The translations under genes were made by a program, and so were the position numbers. 64,000 bases of DNA from Planctomycetales bacterium (lineage in GTDB: Bacteria; 4484-113). Positions 59,226 through 64,000 of this stretch are shown in pieces. Within the stretch, counting starts at the first letter, position 1; every line of letters starts with the position of its first letter. Under the pieces are notes generated by a model. It was not told the DNA's origin and ran no database searches. It worked only from the letters and a program-made list of their open reading frames with translations. The stretch spans positions 160,001 to 224,000 of the forward strand of contig JBBIRS010000001.1 of assembly GCA_037441675.1 (NCBI GenBank), read 5' to 3'.

Positions 59226-59855
59226 ATGGGACTAGAGCGTGCTGTTGCAAAAAATTATTTCTTTATTAAGAGACTTCACAGCTTACTCGGAGTATTTCCG
59301 CTAGCATTCTTCCTGCTTGAACACTTCCTTGTTAATAGCCTATCCCTTCAAGGTGCGGGCAGGTTCAATTCTGCAAGTGAATTTTTAGAAAGCTTGCCAT
59401 TTTTGTTGGTATGGGAGCTTGGTTTAATAGTAATCCCTCTTTATATTCACGGTTTTTTGGGGCTCTGGCTTGTTATGCAGGGGAGCGTGGAAACCCGTGT
59501 GCCATACATTCGCAATTGGCTCTATCTACTGCAGCGCGCAACCGGTATATTTACCCTAATCTTTGTTACTTACCATATCATTGCGACCCGTATCTGGTCT
59601 AAGTATGTCCTTCATACGGAGGACTTATACGCATTGATGCAGAACTATCTTAAAATTCCATACATCTTTGCCATTTATCTTCTCGGGGTGATATGCGCTT
59701 CATTTCATGTTGGAAACGGGCTTTTCAATTTTACTTACAAGTGGGGCATCACTGTGTCCGAGCGTTCCCAAACTTTTATGATGATTTTGTCTTGGTTTAT
59801 TGCTCTTGCCTTTATTGTCATAGGAGTGGGTGCGCTATTTGGTTTTATTAAGTAG
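59226..59855 (+). CDS. sdhC: Succinate dehydrogenase cytochrome b558 (Bacillus-type, diheme)
   Basis: RLHSLLGVFP, EHFLVN, IHG, LQRATG, FHVGNGL; five TM. Confidence 0.92.
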   Translation: MGLERAVAKNYFFIKRLHSLLGVFPLAFFLLEHFLVNSLSLQGAGRFNSASEFLESLPFLLVWELGLIVIPLYIHGFLGLWLVMQGSVETRVPYIRNWLYLLQRATGIFTLIFVTYHIIATRIWSKYVLHTEDLYALMQNYLKIPYIFAIYLLGVICASFHVGNGLFNFTYKWGITVSERSQTFMMILSWFIALAFIVIGVGALFGFIK

Positions 59856-59893
59856 AAAATTATTTTTAAAAAAGGGCGACATGAGATTTAACT

Positions 59894-61639
59894 ATGAATA
59901 GTCCCAGTGTAATTGTTGTCGGTGGTGGTCTTGCAGGGTTAATGACCACTATTAAAATTTGTGAATTGGGCTATCCTGTTCAGCTTTTTTCCTACATTCC
60001 CGTAAGGAGAAGCCACAGCGTTTGTGCGCAAGGTGGAATTAATGCTTCCATCAACATCAAAGGTGAAGGGGATAGCCCTGATGTGCACTTTGACGAAACA
60101 ATTTTGGGAGGCGACTTTCTTGCCAATCAACCTCCGGTCAAGGGAATGTGTTACGCCGCGCCTGAGATTGTCTATATGTTAGATAGAATGGGAGTTCCCT
60201 TTAACAGGACACCGGAGGGCAATCTGGATTTTCGTCGCTTTGGTGGAACTCTTTATCACAGGACTGCTTTTGCTGGTGCAACAACTGGTCAACAGATGAT
60301 GTACGCCCTGGACGAGCAAGTCCGAAAGTTCGAGGCTGAAGGTTTGGTTACGAAGTATGAGTACTTCAGTATGCTGGGACTAATCCTTGATGAACAGGGT
60401 CGTGCTCGTGGGATAACCGCTCTTAATTTACCTACGATGGAAATCATTCCATTTCCAGCGGATGCAGTGGTAATGGCCACAGGTGGTCCAGGTCTTGTCT
60501 TTGGCAAGACAACAAACTCTATGACCTGCACCGGCTCTGCGGTGACTAGAGCTTTCCTTCAAGGAGCGAGGTATGCAAATCCTGAATTCATTCAAGTTCA
60601 TCCAACAGCAATACCTGGAGGTGACAAGCGTAGACTAATTTCCGAAAGTGTGCGTGGAGAGGGTGGGCGCGTCTGGACTTACAAGGATGGGAAAAAATGG
60701 TACTTCCTTGAAGAAATGTTTCCTACCTACGGCAATCTTGTTCCAAGAGATATTGCAAGCCGTGTCATTTTTGATGTTTGTGTTAATCAGAAGCTTGGGA
60801 TAAATGGCGAAAATTACGTCTACCTAGATGTTACTCATCTACCGAAGGACTTTCTCAAGAAGAAGCTCGGTGGAGTTCTTGAAATCTATGAAAAGTTCAC
60901 TGGCGAAGACCCATACACTACCCCAATGAAAGTTTTTCCTGCTGTGCATTATTCAATGGGTGGACTTTGGATTGATTACGAGCATATGACAAACATTCCT
61001 GGGCTCTTCGCCGTTGGTGAATGCGACTACCAGTATCACGGAGCTAATAGGCTTGGCGCAAACTCTCTTCTTTCATGCATTTATGGTGGTATGATTGCCG
61101 GCCCAGAATGTGTGAGCTATATCAGCGGGGAGAGGCTTGAACCTCTTAGAGATGGTGTTCTCTCCTCCTACGCCAAGAGGGAAGAAGAGGATTTTGAGGC
61201 TATCTTCTCCCTTGAGGGAGAGGAAAACGCCTATGCGATTCAAGATGAAATGGCGGAAATGATGATTGAGAATGTAACAGTTGTTCGTGAAAACTCAAAA
61301 CTCAAGAGAACCCTTGACCGCCTTTTTGAGCTTGAAGAAAGGACCAGGAAGATTGGAATATCTGACAAAGGAAGGAGAATGAATCAAGAAGTTCTCTTTG
61401 TGCGCGAGCTGAGAGATAGGTTACTTTTAGCAAGGGCAATAACTGAGGGTGCATTTCTTAGAAACGAAAGCAGGGGAGCTCACTATAAACCTGAGTTTCC
61501 TGAGAGAAACGATGACGATTGGCTTAAGACTACGATTGCGGAGTATGACAATGGTAACGTGAAGTTTAGTTATGAGCCAGTAGATGTTTCTCTTATTAAA
61601 CCCAGAGAAAGACGTTACGATGTCAAGACGAAATCCTGA
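59894..61639 (+). CDS. sdhA: Succinate dehydrogenase flavoprotein
   Basis: GGGLAG, RSHSVCAQGG, QVHPT, HYSMGG, HGANRLGANSL, ESRGAH. Confidence 0.97.
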   Translation: MNSPSVIVVGGGLAGLMTTIKICELGYPVQLFSYIPVRRSHSVCAQGGINASINIKGEGDSPDVHFDETILGGDFLANQPPVKGMCYAAPEIVYMLDRMGVPFNRTPEGNLDFRRFGGTLYHRTAFAGATTGQQMMYALDEQVRKFEAEGLVTKYEYFSMLGLILDEQGRARGITALNLPTMEIIPFPADAVVMATGGPGLVFGKTTNSMTCTGSAVTRAFLQGARYANPEFIQVHPTAIPGGDKRRLISESVRGEGGRVWTYKDGKKWYFLEEMFPTYGNLVPRDIASRVIFDVCVNQKLGINGENYVYLDVTHLPKDFLKKKLGGVLEIYEKFTGEDPYTTPMKVFPAVHYSMGGLWIDYEHMTNIPGLFAVGECDYQYHGANRLGANSLLSCIYGGMIAGPECVSYISGERLEPLRDGVLSSYAKREEEDFEAIFSLEGEENAYAIQDEMAEMMIENVTVVRENSKLKRTLDRLFELEERTRKIGISDKGRRMNQEVLFVRELRDRLLLARAITEGAFLRNESRGAHYKPEFPERNDDDWLKTTIAEYDNGNVKFSYEPVDVSLIKPRERRYDVKTKS

Positions 61640-61650
61640 GGTTATGGCTG

Positions 61651-62409
61651 ATGAGTAACAAAAGTGTAATTCTTAGAATAAGGCGTCAAGCGGAGCCTTA
61701 CTCTCAACCCTATTGGGAAGAATTTGAAGTTCCATACTCTCCGCAGATGAACGTAATCACCTGTTTGATGCTAATCCAGCGCAATCCTGTAACAAGGGAT
61801 GGCAGGAAAACTAGCGCGCCCAGCTGGGATATGTCCTGTTTAGAGGAAGTATGTGGTGCGTGCACGATGGTCATTAACGGGAGGCCTCGGCAGTCCTGTA
61901 GCGCATTGGTGGATACTCTGGAGCAGCCGATCACCCTAGAGCCGATGAGCAAATTCCCCATAGTGAAGGACTTAGTGGTTGATAGGGGTAAGCTCTTTAA
62001 GGACTTGATGAAAGTAAATGCTTGGATTGACCTGGACGGAACACACGCGATGGGAGCCGGCCCAAGATACTCTCAAGAGCTTCAAGAGTTAAGATATGAT
62101 CTTAGTAGATGTATGAGTTGTGGTTGCTGTTTGGAAGTTTGTCCCCAGTATGACTCAAGCAAGGCTTTCGTGGGCGCAGCGGTGATTTCACAGGTAAGGC
62201 TATTTAACCTGCATCCCACCGGTTCACTCTCCTCAAACAAACGTCTAGAGATGTTAGCTCAACCAGGAGGTATAACCGATTGTGGAAATGCGCAGAACTG
62301 TGTCCGCGCCTGTCCTAAGGAAATAAAACTTACAGAATCTATCGCTGAAATGGGTAGGCAGATGTTCTTCTATGGCTTGAGGAAATTTTTCGGTGGTAAG
62401 CCTCACTAG
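61651..62409 (+). CDS. sdhB: Succinate dehydrogenase Fe-S subunit
   Basis: SCLEEVCGAC, CMSCGCCLEVCP, CGNAQNCVRACP. Confidence 0.97.
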   Translation: MSNKSVILRIRRQAEPYSQPYWEEFEVPYSPQMNVITCLMLIQRNPVTRDGRKTSAPSWDMSCLEEVCGACTMVINGRPRQSCSALVDTLEQPITLEPMSKFPIVKDLVVDRGKLFKDLMKVNAWIDLDGTHAMGAGPRYSQELQELRYDLSRCMSCGCCLEVCPQYDSSKAFVGAAVISQVRLFNLHPTGSLSSNKRLEMLAQPGGITDCGNAQNCVRACPKEIKLTESIAEMGRQMFFYGLRKFFGGKPH

Positions 62410-62497
62410 CTCTGAACTAAAGTTAATTAGATAAGAACTTGCGTTATTTTTTTCTAAGAATTTTTATTATCTGCGAATACTATTTACCTATAAAAGA

Positions 62498-62541
62498 AAA
62501 ACCGCTACAAGGGTAACTCTTTCAATCCATGTAGCGGTTTT
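62498..62541. terminator. Probable bidirectional terminator between convergent genes
   Basis: AAAACCGCTACA-N20-TGTAGCGGTTTT. Confidence 0.6.
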
Positions 62542-62567
62542 CTCAAATACAGCTTTTGTCTCTTCAA

Positions 62568-64000
62568 CTACTCTCTAGGTATCGTAACACCAGGCATAAT
62601 CACGCCTGTGTTGTTGTCACGACTAAATTGAACGGGTAAGAGAAGCATGCGGAAATTCGGGTCAGCAAGAACCGTTAGGTCAAGGTCTCTACCATCGCCA
62701 TTACCTATCACAACATAATCAGCAGCCCAAGGCCTCAGAGGCAATAGAGTTCTAGTAACTGGATAGATATCAGTTTCTGATGGAAGCCACAGAACAGGAA
62801 CCCCGGGAAGCCTACGATTGGGATCCCCGCCAATAACTCCCCTAATGTCAAGAGTAAGGTAGTGGAGCCATGGATTGCCAGTTGTTGGGTCATCGTTCTC
62901 AATATACCTACTCAATGGGGATGATTCATCTATGTAAAGTCCATCCACGAAGTTAGCAAGCGCCCAACGGGTAAAGATGACGTCAAACTTCTCGCCAGTG
63001 GCATTTTCAATAATTTGAACAGGCCCAGTTCCACCAACAGTGTAAATTTTTCTGATAGCGGAGGGTCCATAGTGCTCCATCAAGTAAAGGAAGAATAGGA
63101 ACGTTCCACCATACTGAGCAAGAACGTCCACATCCCTAAACCTACCGAAATCAAGTGGTATTGGAGTAGTCTGGATTTGGAAGAGATATGAAGTTAACTG
63201 ATCAATGAGTAACTGGGCAGTCCTACCGCTAGAGATAGTATAGCCAGCGACGTAAATAGCAAGCTGGGAGAGCCCTTCATTCAGCCATCTAGAATCTCCA
63301 ACGCCGTTATCAGCAAAAATCTTGTGTTGAAATTCATGGGCTGTTACCGCATAAACCTGGCTCCAATCGTCGCTGTCCTGTGGGAAAATCATCGGATCTA
63401 TATAGAGCGTTGACCAAGCGTAAGATTCCTCTTCCCGTGGCTCTTCTTCTTCGCCCTCACGTGGGGGGCGGAATATTCCTCGCTGCCAGTTGGAGTAAAG
63501 CCCCCCAGCTCCAAACTGACCTAAGTTTAGAATCGCGATAACTATTCTTTGATCTCTACCAATGTCTGTATCAGGCTCGCCAGGTAAATCTCTAATTAAG
63601 TTACCCTCACGGTCAAAGTCGTCAGTGGTGAGTCTTAAATTTCTGTCAATGTCTTTCCAAATTGGACCATCGTTTGGACCTGGCCCCTCATTGCGAGTCC
63701 CAAGAACCGGTGCCATTGCCTCGGTCACGTTGGGATAAATAACTGTGTCAAACTCCCTCGCCAAACGATTCAATCTTTCCTCAGTGAAACGAACTCCATC
63801 GGGGAAACCGTTGTTTATCTCAGTAGTGAGAAAGATATAGCATCTCGAGCCTATGGCTACTAGCCTTCCGTCCTGTCCATAATAGGCATCAGGCCACCTA
63901 AGCTCCTCAGGGTTATCCATTCTCTGCTCTCCCTGCTCAACAGGCGGTAAAGGTTTCGTTCTCGGGATCTCGGTAAAGGTTCGCACCACACCCTTAGACA
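62568..64000 (-). CDS. M30/gluzincin-like zinc metallopeptidase; 5' end outside window
   Basis: TAHEFQHKI, WLNEGLS, YGGTFLFFLYLMEHYG; frame stays open to the window edge. Confidence 0.8.
   Translation of the reverse strand, partial: SKGVVRTFTEIPRTKPLPPVEQGEQRMDNPEELRWPDAYYGQDGRLVAIGSRCYIFLTTEINNGFPDGVRFTEERLNRLAREFDTVIYPNVTEAMAPVLGTRNEGPGPNDGPIWKDIDRNLRLTTDDFDREGNLIRDLPGEPDTDIGRDQRIVIAILNLGQFGAGGLYSNWQRGIFRPPREGEEEEPREEESYAWSTLYIDPMIFPQDSDDWSQVYAVTAHEFQHKIFADNGVGDSRWLNEGLSQLAIYVAGYTISSGRTAQLLIDQLTSYLFQIQTTPIPLDFGRFRDVDVLAQYGGTFLFFLYLMEHYGPSAIRKIYTVGGTGPVQIIENATGEKFDVIFTRWALANFVDGLYIDESSPLSRYIENDDPTTGNPWLHYLTLDIRGVIGGDPNRRLPGVPVLWLPSETDIYPVTRTLLPLRPWAADYVVIGNGDGRDLDLTVLADPNFRMLLLPVQFSRDNNTGVIMPGVTIPRE

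Overview
Chromosomal window from a diderm bacterium: it encodes lipoproteins and probable outer-membrane beta-barrels, and the lineage cannot be assigned from sequence alone. Housekeeping genes include ybeY, a CBS/hemolysin gene, galK, sfsA, pdxS, cdd, secA, mutS2, ssb, lemA, cutA, fumarase beta subunit, sdhCAB and three tRNAs (Gln, Val, Cys). Notable accessory content: (1) a ~15 kb minus-strand sugar operon with an ABC importer, two GH63/MGH1-like hydrolases, a CBM9-like protein, galK and a 1339-aa secreted protein apparently fusing a six-hairpin glycosidase to an HExxH metallopeptidase; (2) a divergent lipoprotein with dockerin-like and cohesin-like modules; (3) a putative porin plus octaheme cytochrome c pair preceded by a degenerate CPBP protease paralogue; (4) a solo Cas4/AddB-like nuclease; (5) an XRE-S24 repressor with a candidate operator; (6) a glycosyltransferase cluster containing a clan-A pseudo-glycosidase. 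Several genes are split near homopolymer runs, and many genes look leaderless. No CRISPR array, transposase, integrase or rRNA was seen. All family assignments are from motif recognition by eye, without database searches.
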